Of a stretch of 64,000 bases of DNA, positions 1 through 10,300 are shown piece after piece. The notes beneath the pieces are model-generated. The model was not told the origin of the DNA. It ran no database searches and saw only the letters and a list, made by a program, of their open reading frames with translations. Location: positions 800,001-864,000 of the forward strand of contig CAVYGB010000010.1 of assembly GCA_963767925.1 (NCBI GenBank), written 5' to 3'. The translations under genes and the position numbers were made by a program. Position 1 is the stretch's first letter; each line of letters starts with the position of its first letter. The DNA is from an uncultured delta proteobacterium (GTDB taxonomy: Bacteria; Myxococcota_A; Polyangia; Fen-1088).

Positions 1-8
1 CGCCGGAC

Positions 9-1292
9 ATGGAGCTCGACCGTTTTCCGCTGGCCCGGATCGCCGATCTGATCGGGACCCCGTTTTACCTCTACGATGCCACCGTCCTGCGCGCCAAGCT
101 CGCCGAGCTGCAGGCGCTGACCGACGGCGCGGCCCTGCGCTGCCGATACGCGCTGAAGGCCAACTCCGCGCGGCGGATCCTCTCCGAGGTGCGCGCCGCC
201 GGCCTGTGGGCCGACGCGGTCAGCGGCAACGAGGTGCTGCGGGCCATCCGGGCCGGCTTCCCCGCTGGCAACGATCCCCCCACCATCATGCTCACCAGCG
301 ACGTCTTCCGGGACAACGCCCTCACCACCGTGCTCGAGCAGGGGGTGCTGCCCAACGTGGGCTCGCCCGGCATGGTCCGCGACCTGCGCGACGCCGGCTA
401 CCGGGGCCCCATCGCCCTGCGCGCCAACCCCGGCTTTGGCCACGGCCACGTCCAGGCGGTCGACACCGGCGGCCCCTCCTCCAAACACGGCGTCTGGCAC
501 GAGGACCTGGCCGAGGCGCGCACCCTGGCGGCCGAGGCCCGCCTGCCCATCGTCGCCCTGCACGTCCACGTCGGCACCGGCCCCAAGAAGGGCGAGTTCG
601 ACGCCAACATGCGCAAGCTGATCGACTTCTACGAGGAGCTGCTGCCGCAGTTCCCGGACGCGGTGGCGGTCAACTTCGGCGGCGGCGTCCCCCACCCGTA
701 CCGCCCGGGCGCCCCCGCCTACGACCTGGCAGGTTACCGGCCGATCCTGCTGGAGGCCGCCGAGCGGCTGCGCAAGGCGGCCGGCCGGCCGGTGCGGATC
801 GAGATCGAGCCCGGGCGCTACCCGGTGGCCGGCATGGGCATCCTCGTGAGCCGGGTCAAGGACATCAAGAAGACCCGGGACAACGCCAAGGGCCCCGGCC
901 ACACCTTCGTCATGGTCGACGCCGGCTTCAACGACCTCGTGCGCCCGGCCATGTACGGCGCCTACCACCACATCTCGATCGTCGGCGCCGGGGCCGGCCG
1001 CCCGCCCGAGCCGCTGGTGGTGGCGGGCCCCCTGTGCGAGAGCGGCGACGTCTTCACCCGCGACGACCACGAGCTGCTCGACCCCCGCCCCCTGCCCCGC
1101 CCCGATCCGGGCGACCTGCTGGTCCTTCACGACGCCGGCGCCTACGGGGCCAGCATGAGCTCGAACTACGTCTCGCTCGGCCGGCCGCCCCAGGTCTACT
1201 GGGACGATGGCCGCGCCACCCTCATCGCCCGCCGCGAGACCATCGACGACGTCACCCGCGCCGAGTGCGAAGACGCCATCCCGGCCGGCTGA
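9..1292 (+). CDS. lysA: diaminopimelate decarboxylase
   Basis: 427 aa; TPFYLYD, YALKAN (PLP lysine), SKHG, HVHVG, NFGGG, IEPGRY, RPAMYG, GPLCESGD and GAYGASMSSNY motifs of group IV PLP decarboxylases. Confidence 0.93.
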   Translation: MELDRFPLARIADLIGTPFYLYDATVLRAKLAELQALTDGAALRCRYALKANSARRILSEVRAAGLWADAVSGNEVLRAIRAGFPAGNDPPTIMLTSDVFRDNALTTVLEQGVLPNVGSPGMVRDLRDAGYRGPIALRANPGFGHGHVQAVDTGGPSSKHGVWHEDLAEARTLAAEARLPIVALHVHVGTGPKKGEFDANMRKLIDFYEELLPQFPDAVAVNFGGGVPHPYRPGAPAYDLAGYRPILLEAAERLRKAAGRPVRIEIEPGRYPVAGMGILVSRVKDIKKTRDNAKGPGHTFVMVDAGFNDLVRPAMYGAYHHISIVGAGAGRPPEPLVVAGPLCESGDVFTRDDHELLDPRPLPRPDPGDLLVLHDAGAYGASMSSNYVSLGRPPQVYWDDGRATLIARRETIDDVTRAECEDAIPAG

Positions 1293-1324
1293 TCGGTCGG
1301 CTGGTCAGGCGACGGCCGGGTGGG

Positions 1325-1642
1325 TCAGGCGTCGGGGGCGTCGGCGGGGAAGGCGTCGATGACGAAGACCTCACCCTCGGCCTGAGCCTGGCGCAGGTAA
1401 GCGCGGTCCTCGTCCGAGCCGGCCTCGGGCAGCACCGCCGACTCCTTGAGGGTGGTCAAGATGGACCAGCCGCTTGCGATCAGGTGCTGCTCGGCACGCT
1501 GGCGGGCCGCCTCGAGGCTGGTGGCCAGGAGCCAGGCGCGCACGAAGGCCCCGCCGATCTCCGACCCGGGTCCGGCGGCCTCGCCCACCGGGCGCACCTC
1601 GTAGCCGAGGAAGAAGAGCTGGCGGGCGTCGGGGGCGCTCAT
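1325..1642 (-). CDS. hypothetical protein (about 105 aa)
   Basis: ORF with coding-like composition (MSAPDARQLFFLGYEVRP...); ATG at 1642 chosen; no recognisable motif. Confidence 0.6.
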   Translation of the reverse strand: MSAPDARQLFFLGYEVRPVGEAAGPGSEIGGAFVRAWLLATSLEAARQRAEQHLIASGWSILTTLKESAVLPEAGSDEDRAYLRQAQAEGEVFVIDAFPADAPDA

Positions 1643-1690
1643 CGCCACAAGTGTCGCACGCCCGGGCGCCGGTGCCCCCTTGCGCATGAA

Positions 1691-1706
1691 CTGATCTTAT
1701 GTTCAG
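1691..1706. promoter_or_regulatory. candidate LexA/SOS-box-like operator
   Basis: CTGATCTTATGTTCAG = CTG-N10-CAG, inside the AACTGA-N8-TCAGTT inverted repeat (1689-1708), 8 bp upstream of ATG 1715. Confidence 0.45.
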
Positions 1707-1714
1707 TTAGCGCC

Positions 1715-2233
1715 ATGGCCAACGACGACACCCTGCCCGAGGGCATGAACCGCCTCCTCGCGCTCTTTGCCACGGATCTCGCCAAGCTGCGGTTCGGAGA
1801 CCTCGACGCCTCGGTGCTGGAGGGGGCGGCCGGCACGGTGCGGGCGGCGGCCCGCGAGCTGGCGGAGGCCGAGGCCCTCGCCGACGGCGCGCGCGCCGCG
1901 CTCGAGACGGCGCGCAAGGAGCTGCTGCTCAAGGGACAGCGGGCCCTCGCCTACGCGCGCGTCTTCGCCGAGGGACTGCCGGAGCTGGCCGAGCGGCTGG
2001 AAGGGATCGCCCTGGCCGGCGGGCCCCGCCAGAGCGAGCCCCGACTCCTCACCCCCGAGCAGGCCGAGGCCGGCCCCCGAAGGCGGGGCCGCCCCCCGAA
2101 GGCCCCCGCCGCGACCGGGACCCTGGCGCTGGACGAGGGGGCCGCGGCGAAGCCCGGGAGCAGCCTCCCGGCCAACGGCGCCCCGGCCAAGGGCGCCCCG
2201 GCCAGCCCAGCCGAGGCCGACGCCGCCTCCTGA
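1715..2233 (+). CDS. helical/coiled-coil protein with C-terminal AT-hook-like motif
   Basis: C-terminal part of ORF 206..2233 from MANDDTLPEG; Ala/Glu-rich helices, then RRRGRPPK and a low-complexity tail. Confidence 0.75.
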   Translation: MANDDTLPEGMNRLLALFATDLAKLRFGDLDASVLEGAAGTVRAAARELAEAEALADGARAALETARKELLLKGQRALAYARVFAEGLPELAERLEGIALAGGPRQSEPRLLTPEQAEAGPRRRGRPPKAPAATGTLALDEGAAAKPGSSLPANGAPAKGAPASPAEADAAS

Positions 2234-2372
2234 GCGTTCAAGACACGCCGCGCCCCGTGCAAACCGAGCTGCTGCACGACGGGCCCAGGGCCGCCCGCCA
2301 CCTCGAGGGTGGGTCTCATCTGCGCGAGGTCGGTCGCGCAGAGCGGGGACAGGTGCTGCCTCTCGGCCGCCG

Positions 2373-2915
2373 TCAGGGGGCAGGGGGGCGTGCCTCGGCG
2401 GGCGGCGGGCCGGCCTCCTCGTAGTGCACGGCCAGCACCTCCAGCTCCTCTTCCCCCTTCGGCGTCTGGACGACCGTCCCCTGCCCCACCCGGCGGCCCA
2501 GCAGGGCGCGGCCCAGCGGCGACACGAAGGCGATGCGCCCCTCGCGGGCGTCGGCCTCGTCGACCCCGACGATCTGGTAGTGGCGCCGCTCGCCGGCGCC
2601 GTCGCGGACCAGGACCGTGGCGCCGAACCGGATCTCGGCCCCTGGATCCTCTGGCGGCGGCACCCGCACGGCGCTGCCGATGCGCGCCTGCAGCTCCCCG
2701 ATCCGGGCGGTCAGCGCGAGCACCCGGGCCTCGTCGGTGCGATCCCCGGCCGCCTCGAGGTCGCTGCGCTGTTGCTTCAGCCCGGTCAGCTCCGCGCCAA
2801 GCCGATCCAGCCCCCGCGCCGTCACGTAGTTGGGCTGGCCCGCCGGCAAAGGCGCCCGCGCCCGCACGATGACCGGCGCCTCGCCGGTCTCCTCGCTGGT
2901 GAAAGCCTTGCTCAC
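2373..2915 (-). CDS. GreA/GreB family transcription elongation factor
   Basis: GTG start (MSKAFTSEE), NYVTARG, IRFGATV, YQIVGVDEAD, IAFVSPLGRALLG motifs. Confidence 0.9.
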   Translation of the reverse strand: MSKAFTSEETGEAPVIVRARAPLPAGQPNYVTARGLDRLGAELTGLKQQRSDLEAAGDRTDEARVLALTARIGELQARIGSAVRVPPPEDPGAEIRFGATVLVRDGAGERRHYQIVGVDEADAREGRIAFVSPLGRALLGRRVGQGTVVQTPKGEEELEVLAVHYEEAGPPPAEARPPAP

Positions 2916-3086
2916 CGGGTTAGCTTGACACCCTCCGGTCGCCCCCGTCGCTGCCCGACCGCCAATGTGCACAGCAGCCCTGAGCCGGGCCGCGCCACCC
3001 GATGCGGCGGGCCGGTGGCGGCGCGCGGCCCCCGGATCGCCCGCGCGCTTCGACCTCCGGCCGGCGCGCGCTTCGTCCCTTCCGTT

Positions 3087-3581
3087 TCAACGCGCGCCCG
3101 GCCCTACCGGGCGGCTGCCGTCCACGTCGGCGAGGATGAGATCGGCGTCCTCGCCGGGCAGGCCCATGGCCCGGAGCTGGCGGGCCAGGCCCGGCCGCAC
3201 CACCCGCTGGTAGTCGGCGGCGGAGACGTACCGCGTCCGCTGGAGGATCTGCACCCGCATGCGCTCGCGGAAGCGCATGCGCTCGGCGGGATCTTGCAGC
3301 ACCTCGGCGGGGATCTTTCCGGGATGGCGCCCGCCGGGCGAGCGGTCGCCGTTCCCGGCGAACACCTCCGCCGGTCGCGGGCCGGAGGCGAGCAGGCCGA
3401 GGTTCGTCCGGTCCGACCCGGCGGGCGGGTGCCCGCACCCGCCCGCCGCCGCCGCGGTCAGGGCGAGCAAGGCTCCCCGCGCCGCCCGGGCCAGGCCGGA
3501 GAACCCGGACGCGGACGTGCGGAAAGGACGGGCAACGCGGCTGCCCGCGCGGGCGATGACGATCGAGATCGGTGTGGCCAT
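3087..3581 (-). CDS. hypothetical exported/lipoprotein
   Basis: AGGAGG RBS before ATG 3581; hydrophobic stretch ending AAGGC. Confidence 0.6.
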   Translation of the reverse strand: MATPISIVIARAGSRVARPFRTSASGFSGLARAARGALLALTAAAAGGCGHPPAGSDRTNLGLLASGPRPAEVFAGNGDRSPGGRHPGKIPAEVLQDPAERMRFRERMRVQILQRTRYVSAADYQRVVRPGLARQLRAMGLPGEDADLILADVDGSRPVGPGAR

Positions 3582-3627
3582 GTCGATACCTCCTGCTGGT
3601 GGAAGTACCGCGCCGCCGAGGGCCCGT

Positions 3628-3674
3628 CTTACACGTCCTTGCCGCGATCGTCGCCCGCGCTTACACGTTCTTGC
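3628..3674. repeat. 15-bp direct repeat pair
   Basis: CTTACACGTCCTTGC (3628-3642) and CTTACACGTTCTTGC (3660-3674), one mismatch, 32 bp apart. Confidence 0.8.
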
Positions 3675-3750
3675 GCGCGCGCCGAACGCCGACCAGCGAC
3701 GCTCGCGCCCCGCGCTCACAGTTCGTGCGCGCGGGCCCGAGCGCCGGCGT

Positions 3751-4389
3751 TCAGAAGCGGTAGCCGACGCTGCCCCCGAAGCTCACCGTGCTCTGTCCGG
3801 CGGATTCGTTGCTCAGGTTGGCCTCGCGGAACATGTCGTCGGCGAAGGCCGGCCGGTAGATCAGGCGCATGTCCGCGGAGAGCTGCCGGTGGCCGACCGT
3901 GATCCCGAAGCCCATCGGCACCGAGAAGACGCCGTCGGCGTTGGCGATCTTGCCGACGTTGCCATCGTCGGCGCCCACCAGGTTGAACGCGCTCCAGCCC
4001 AGACCGGCGGCCAGGTAAGGGGTCACGAACGAGTTGATGCTCGGGAGCACCGGATGACCCAGGCGCAGCAGGCCCTCCATCCCGGTCTGGATCACGTTGG
4101 CGTCGTACATCCCGGGTGTGTCGATGGGGAACGCGGCGCCCAGATAGGCCACCTCGACCCCCAGCCGGCGGGCCATCCCCCAGGTACCCCGCACGGTCCA
4201 GCTCCCTCCGGGCTCACTCACCGTCTGGGTGCCTCCCTCGGTGAAGGTCGCGAAGCCGCCCCCGGCGTGCACCGCGAAGGTGTGCTCGTCGAACAGGTCG
4301 CGCGTTCGCTCGAAAAGCTCCTGCCCCTGGACCGGCCCGGTCGCCCCGAGCAACAACAGCCCTCCCCACAACCATCCCCTTGCCTTCAT
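3751..4389 (-). CDS. outer-membrane beta-barrel protein (small OMP type)
   Basis: Signal peptide MKARGWLWGGLLLLG; alternating beta strands (GVEVAYLG, PYLAAGLGW); C-terminal GSVGYRF. Confidence 0.8.
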   Translation of the reverse strand: MKARGWLWGGLLLLGATGPVQGQELFERTRDLFDEHTFAVHAGGGFATFTEGGTQTVSEPGGSWTVRGTWGMARRLGVEVAYLGAAFPIDTPGMYDANVIQTGMEGLLRLGHPVLPSINSFVTPYLAAGLGWSAFNLVGADDGNVGKIANADGVFSVPMGFGITVGHRQLSADMRLIYRPAFADDMFREANLSNESAGQSTVSFGGSVGYRF

Positions 4390-4549
4390 GATCGCGTCCC
4401 CCTTTCCCGGTCGAAGCTGGGCCCGGCCCGGGGCGGTTTCAACCGGACGGGTCCGGGCGGGGGGAAAGAGGTGCCCGTCCGTCCCTTCGTGTCCGTACGG
4501 CGGGGCGTGGGGGGGTTGGGGGCGGCGGCAGGTAGCGGCCACCGCCTCG

Positions 4550-4585
4550 GGGACGCGTACGGGGGACGCGTAGTCGGGACGCTTA
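4550..4585. repeat. three 10-bp direct repeats with 13-bp period
   Basis: GGGACGCGTA (4550), GGGACGCGTA (4563), GGGACGCTTA (4576). Confidence 0.8.
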
Positions 4586-4604
4586 GGCGGGCTCGGGAGG
4601 GGTG

Positions 4605-5486
4605 TCAGTCGGGGCGGATGGAGGTCTGGCCGGACCAGGCCCAGAGGACGGCGTTTTCGAACAGGCGCTCGCCGTCGTTGCTGAGGTCCGCGGCGGCGGC
4701 GTCGCCGGCGAAGAAGCCGACGCGGCGGTGGGGAGCCTTGCCGCTCGCCATCTGGGCGCCGCGGTCGTAGACGAAGATGGCGGCCTGGTCGGGCTCGCCG
4801 GCGATCCGGGCGATGACCTGGGCGCCCGCCGCGGGGATGCCCCACTGGAGCTGGGAGCGCTGATCGACGACCTCGACCGTGCCATCGAGCCCGCTGGCGA
4901 TGGGGTGGCTGCCGAGGGCGATCTCCACCTCCTCGTCGCTGGTCTGGCCGGACTCGTCCCTGCCGTCGGTGGTCATGCCCATGTCGGCGAGGACGTTGCT
5001 GTCGAGGACCACCACCGGCACGTCGAGGTTGCGGTATTCGTCCTCGACGGTTCCCGGCGACACGCTGCCCGAGATCACCACCAGGCCGGAGTCCTCGGCC
5101 TCGTCACTGTCCTCGCCGTCGTCGAGCTCGCGCACGCGGAAGCCGAGATCCTCGAGAATGTCGCTCAGCTCCTCGTCGCCGGCGCTCAGCTCGTCCTCGT
5201 CACCGACAACCAGGGTCACCGTGTTCGACTCGGGCGGCGGCGCAGGCGGGGCCGAGGGATCGATCCCTGGCGGGGCCGCGGGGGGCGCCGCTGGCGACGG
5301 GAGCGGCGGAACCACGACACCCGGGCCGGTGGTGCTCGCCGGCCGCCCGATGTCGCTGTCCTGCGGAATGCATGCACCCGCCGCCAGCGCGCTGGCCAGG
5401 ACCGCGATGGCGGCCCCTCCCCGCAGCGAAAAGCCCTTGAATCCAGGGGCACTTGGCACGAACGGCAGCCGTGTTCGGGTCTTCAT
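4605..5486 (-). CDS. lipoprotein with Pro-rich linker and acidic alpha/beta domain
   Basis: Lipobox LAAGAC; Pro linker; C-terminal RRVGFF...LSNDGERLFENAVLWA resembles GATase-I-like fold modules. Confidence 0.7.
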   Translation of the reverse strand: MKTRTRLPFVPSAPGFKGFSLRGGAAIAVLASALAAGACIPQDSDIGRPASTTGPGVVVPPLPSPAAPPAAPPGIDPSAPPAPPPESNTVTLVVGDEDELSAGDEELSDILEDLGFRVRELDDGEDSDEAEDSGLVVISGSVSPGTVEDEYRNLDVPVVVLDSNVLADMGMTTDGRDESGQTSDEEVEIALGSHPIASGLDGTVEVVDQRSQLQWGIPAAGAQVIARIAGEPDQAAIFVYDRGAQMASGKAPHRRVGFFAGDAAAADLSNDGERLFENAVLWAWSGQTSIRPD

Positions 5487-5627
5487 GACCTTGCAGTGAC
5501 CCGACCGCCCGCCAGCTACTCCGGTACTTGAGGCTCCGGGAAGCGGAAGCGGCGTTTTCTCAGGGATATCGTCGATTTTTGTGACTCACAGCATACCTCG
5601 CGCCCCCGCGCCCCTCCCGGCCCGCCT

Positions 5628-6431
5628 TCAGCGGGGCGCCAGCGCCGCCAGGGTCTGCTGGCCGGCCGGCGTGCGGGCGCGCCCGGGGGTGAGGCCGTAG
5701 CGGCGGCGGAAGTGGTTGCCGAAGTGGCCCTGGTTGGCAAAGCCCGTCGCGAGGGCGATATCGGCCAGCGGCCGGCTGGTCTCGAACAGCAAGGTGAGGG
5801 CGTGACGCAGGCGAAGCTCGAGCTGGTAGCGGTGGATGCTCGACCCGGTCGCCCGGCGGAACACCCGGCAGGCAGCAAACGGCGACAGCCCCACGCCGGA
5901 GGCCAGCGCCGACAGCGGCAGCGGCTGGTCGAAGCGCATCGCCACCTCGTGGGCGATCTCGTCGGCCTGCGCCCGCCAGCGGCCGCCCCCCCAGCGCCGG
6001 CGCTCGCCCTGCCCGGGCCCGAAGATCCGGGCCAGCGTCTCCTCCACCTCCAGCAGATCCATCGGCCCGCCCTCCAGGCGGGCGGCCAGCGCGTGCATCC
6101 GCACCTGGGACTCGACGTCCATCGGGATGACGTGCCAGGGATCGAACGACCCCGCCACCGCCGGGCTATGGATGGCCAGGCACTCGTCGCCGCCGTCGGG
6201 GTGGTGAGAGACGTACTCCTCGCCGGCCCGCTGGATGACCGCCTGGCTGGGGTCGAACGCCAGCCGGCCCCGCCGATGCCGGTAGGAGAAGCGGCCCTGC
6301 AACGTGACCACCAGCTTCGTCACCAGCGCCTGGTTCGGCGCCGCCCGCGGCGGGTCCTGGCCGTCGCAGGTGCTCCGCTGGATGGTTGTCTCGTTCTGCG
6401 AGAACAGGGTACGAACGTGGAAACAAGGCAC
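5628..6431 (-). CDS. AraC family transcriptional regulator
   Basis: GGAGG RBS before GTG 6431; double HTH (LSALASGVGLSPFAACRVFRR...LADIALATGFANQGHFGNHFRRRYGLTP). Confidence 0.88.
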   Translation of the reverse strand: MPCFHVRTLFSQNETTIQRSTCDGQDPPRAAPNQALVTKLVVTLQGRFSYRHRRGRLAFDPSQAVIQRAGEEYVSHHPDGGDECLAIHSPAVAGSFDPWHVIPMDVESQVRMHALAARLEGGPMDLLEVEETLARIFGPGQGERRRWGGGRWRAQADEIAHEVAMRFDQPLPLSALASGVGLSPFAACRVFRRATGSSIHRYQLELRLRHALTLLFETSRPLADIALATGFANQGHFGNHFRRRYGLTPGRARTPAGQQTLAALAPR

Positions 6432-6538
6432 AGCGCCCTCCAGAGTACGGCGCCCCCCGCGCCCCCACAAGCAGCGGCGCCCCCGGGAACGGCCGCGAAA
6501 ACGCCGCAAGAACCTGTAAGACGCGGGGGTGCCTCTCC

Positions 6539-7286
6539 TCAGTTGCTCGCGGTCTTCACCGGCCGGAGGACGCGGAGCTTGATGTTGCGGAACTCGATCC
6601 GGTCGCCGTGGTCTTGCAGATCGAGGTGGCCGCGGGTGGCCTTGCCGAACGCGGGGAACTCCTTGAACTTGCTGGCCGCCACCTTGGCGTTCCAGTCGTC
6701 GCTGCCCTTCTCGTAGCTGACGGTCTTCTCCCCGTTGAGCCAGTGCTCGACGCTGGGGCCGTTGACCACCAGCCGGGCCTGGTTCCACTCGCCCACCGGG
6801 CGGCTCACGTCCTTGGCCGGGGCGTAGAGGCCGTAGCAGGAGCCGGCGGCGGTGAGGGGGTTCTTGCCGTCGCGGTGCTTGCCGTTGTCGAGCACCTGCA
6901 GCTCGGGGCCCGTCTTCCAGGGCTGATCTTCGGTCTCCTGGACGTGGTACATGACGCCGCTGTTGCCGCCCTTCACCGAGGCGCCATTCGAGCGACAGCT
7001 CGAAGCTCTCGTATTGATCGCGGGTCAACAGATCGCCGCCCGTCACGCCCTCCTTGCGCTCGAAGGCCAGCACGCCGTCCTTGACCGTCCAGGCCTTCGG
7101 TGCGGTCTTCTGCCGGTAGCCGCGCCAGCCCTTGGTGGTCTTGCCGTCGAACAGCAGCTTCCAGCCAGCCTTTGCTTCTCTGGGGGTGAGCGTGTTGGGC
7201 ACGGCAGCCGCCTCCTGCGCGCGTGCCGCCGAGGCCGTGAGACAGAGAACACCGAGGACAACCACGAGCCGGCACAACATGAGCAT
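6539..7286 (-). CDS. DUF1080 (3-keto-disaccharide hydrolase family) secreted protein, frameshifted near 6970
   Basis: N-part NTLT..GWKLLFDGKT..GWRG in one frame; GGNSGVMY..ELQVLD..GEWN..VEHWLNG..LQDHG..FRNIK in another; one extra G at GAAGGGCGGC. Confidence 0.85.
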
Positions 7287-7359
7287 TCCTCCTTTGGGGC
7301 CGCCCCGACGTTAGATCAACCCCGCCCACAAGACCAGCTCACGCTACCCCTTGGAAAGC

Positions 7360-10300
7360 TCAGGCGAACACGTCGGCCACGTAGCGGCCGGCGCGTTCCA
7401 GGTCGGCCACCCAGCGGCTGGCCTCCTCGTCGCTGCAGGGTTCCCCCTCCTGGAGGATCGCCGCGACGGTGGCGCGCACCGCGGGGGCCATGCGCTGGCC
7501 GTCGCCGCACAGGTAAAACGTCGCCCCCTGGGCCAGGAGGGCCCGCACCCGGGCGCGCTCCTGCCACAGGCGGTGCTGCACGAAGGTGACCGGGCCGTCG
7601 GGCTGGCGGAAGAAGGCGGGGAACACGGTGACCACCCGGTCGTCGTGCCAGCGGCGCAGCTCGTCGCGATACAGCCAGTCCTCGTCGGGGTGGTCGCAGC
7701 CGAAGAAGAGCAGCGCCGGTCCGGCCGGCTCGCCGGCCGCCTGGCGCACGGCCCGGTCCTCGAGGAAGCCCCGGAAGGGGGCCAGCCCGGTGCCGGCGCA
7801 GACCATGATCACCGGCGCGTGGTTGGCGGCGGGCAGGTGGAAGGGGTTGCGCGGAGAGCGCACCGCGACCGCCACCGCGTCGCCCGGCTGCAGGCGGGCC
7901 AGGTAGCTCGAGCAGGTGCCGCGGAAGTGGCCGATGCCCGACCAGGCGGCCGCCTCGACCACCGACACGGTGAGGGTGCAGCGGGCGGGATCGCGCCGGG
8001 GCGAGGAGGAGATGGAGTACTGCCGCACGCGCATGGCCGGGACCAGCTCGAGCAGCTCGGCGAAGGTGAGCTGACAAGAGGGGTAGGCCTCGAGCAGGTC
8101 GAGCACGCTGGTGCGCCGGTCGAGGATCTCGCGGCGGTAGCGCTCGGGGTCGGCGGCGAGGGCGACCAGGTGCTGGCGGTGCGGGGGGCAGACGTTGCTG
8201 GCGGCGAGGCGCTCGATCTCGCGCCGGGTGGCCGGCGCGGCCAGCTCGACGTGGCGGCCCAGCAGCTCCTGCACCGAGACCGGGCGGTCGGTGGGCAGCG
8301 AGGCGGCCATGGCCCCCCGGGTCGAGCGCAGCACCAGCGCGGATTCGGGCCGCAGCCCGAAGCGCCGGGCGGCGCGCGCCACCAGCTCGGGGTGGTTCTC
8401 GGGCAACACCGCCAGGTAGTCGCCGGGGCGATAGTCGAGGCCCGGGGGGAGCGCCAGCTCGAGGTGGCGCTTCGATCGCAGAGGCGACGGCGTGCCGCCG
8501 TTGTCGTTGTCGGCGGCCCCGCCCGCCCGCCGGGCCACCAGCTCGCGGTTCTCGATCACGGTGGCCACCTGCAGCCGGTGCTGGCTGACCAGCTCGGCGC
8601 CGGTCGAGGGGACCACCTCGACGGCGTAGAGGGGGGCGCTGGAGACCGGCGCCGGTTGCACGCCGAGGGCCTGGTCCAGGGTGGGCCAGAAGGCGGCGTA
8701 CCACCCGTCGAACGCGCCGAAGAAGTCGGCCCGGGCGTCGGCCTCGCCGCGCGCCAGGAAGGCGCTGGCCCCGGCGGCCGCGAGCTGGTCGTCGATCCGG
8801 GTCGGGACGCGCTGGTAGGTGGCGCCCCAGTCGCGGTTGCCGCAGCCGAACACCGTGTAGCGGACGCCGGCGAGCGCGCCGGGGGACTGCTCGGCCAGCC
8901 AGCCGCAGAACCGGCGGGCGTTGTCGGGCGGCTCGCCGTTGTACGAGGCGGTGACGATCACCATCGCCCCGGCGGTGGGCAAGTGGCCGGCGCGCGCGTC
9001 GAGGGTCGCCACCTCGGCGGCGTAGCCCCGGGCCGCGCCGTCGCCGGCGATGCGGCGGGCGAAGGCCTCGGAGGCCCCCGAGTTCGATCCGTAGAGCACG
9101 AGCAGCGGGGTCCCGTGCCCGCCGACCGGCGGGGTGGCCGCATCGGTGGTGGGGGCGCGCGCGGGGCCGCCGCCGGCTCCCGATCGGCGGGTCAGGGGCG
9201 GCGCGGGCTGGCGGGGGCGGGCCCGCAGAAACAGGCCCTGCGGCTTGAGGGTCAAGGTCTCCTTGATGCGCAGGTCGTAGGGCGCGGGCGCCGAGAGCGA
9301 GAACCGCTGCAGCATCATGGCCAGGACCAGCGTCGCCTCCTGCAGGGCGAAGGCCCGGCCCAGGCAGGCCCGGGCCCCGTTGCCGAAGGGCAGCCAGGCC
9401 CGGTCGGGGATGGCCGCCCGGGCCCCCTCGGCGAAGCGGGCGGGATCGAACCGCTCGGGCTGCGGCCAGACCGCGGGGTCGCGGTGGAGCGAGGGGAGCA
9501 GCACCAGGGCCACGTCGCCCTTCGCCAGCGGGTAACGCCCCGCCAGCAGGGTGTCCCCGCGGGCGTGGACCGCGAAGGCCGGCGCGGTCGGATACAGGCG
9601 CAGGGTCTCGCGCAGGATCTGATCGAGGTAACGCAGCCGGGGGAGCTGCTCGAAGCGGGGAGCCTCGTCGCCCAGGAGGCCGTCCACCTCCTCCTGGGCC
9701 CGCTGCAGGACCTCGGGGTGGCGCAGCAGCAGGTGGGTGGCGAAGGAGAGCAGGCCGCTTGTCGTCTCGTGGCCGGCGATGAGGAAGGTGACGAGCTGGT
9801 TGCGGATGTTGGCGTCGTCGAGGCCCTCGCCGGTCAGCGGATCTTTGCCGGTCAACATCAGGCCGAGCAGATCGCGCGGGGCCTGCGCCGGGTCGCTGGC
9901 CCGCCGCCGGGCGATCACCTCGTCGGTGATGGCGTGCATGTAGCGGGTGTCGGACTCGTGCTGGCGCTGGGTGAGGAACATGAGCTGGGTCTGCAGGGGC
10001 AGGCGCTTGGTGCGCTTGCCCGCCTCGCCGAGGGCCCGCACCATGGCCTCGACGAAGGGGTGCATCTCGCGCTGGTAAAACGAGTTGAAGCGGTAGGCGA
10101 ACCCACACAGGGCGATGGTGTCGAGGGTGAGGCGGGTCATGGCGTCGGGGACGTCGATGTCCTGCTCGGGTCCCAGCCGCTGCCACTTGGTCAACATCTG
10201 GTCGGCGATGTCGGTCATGTCCTCGAAGTAGTTCTTCATCGCCGCCGGCCCGAAGGCGGGCATCAGCAGGCGGTGGGCCCGCCCCCAGTTCGGCTCCTCG

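Noticed and set aside
5580..5590. TGTGACTCACA as a CRP/FNR site
   Set aside because: Half-sites are separated by 1 bp instead of 6; a short palindrome with no other support
5628..7286. 552-aa DUF1080-AraC fusion in the ORF track
   Set aside because: Artefact of the frameshift near 6970; the AraC gene has its own RBS and start at 6431
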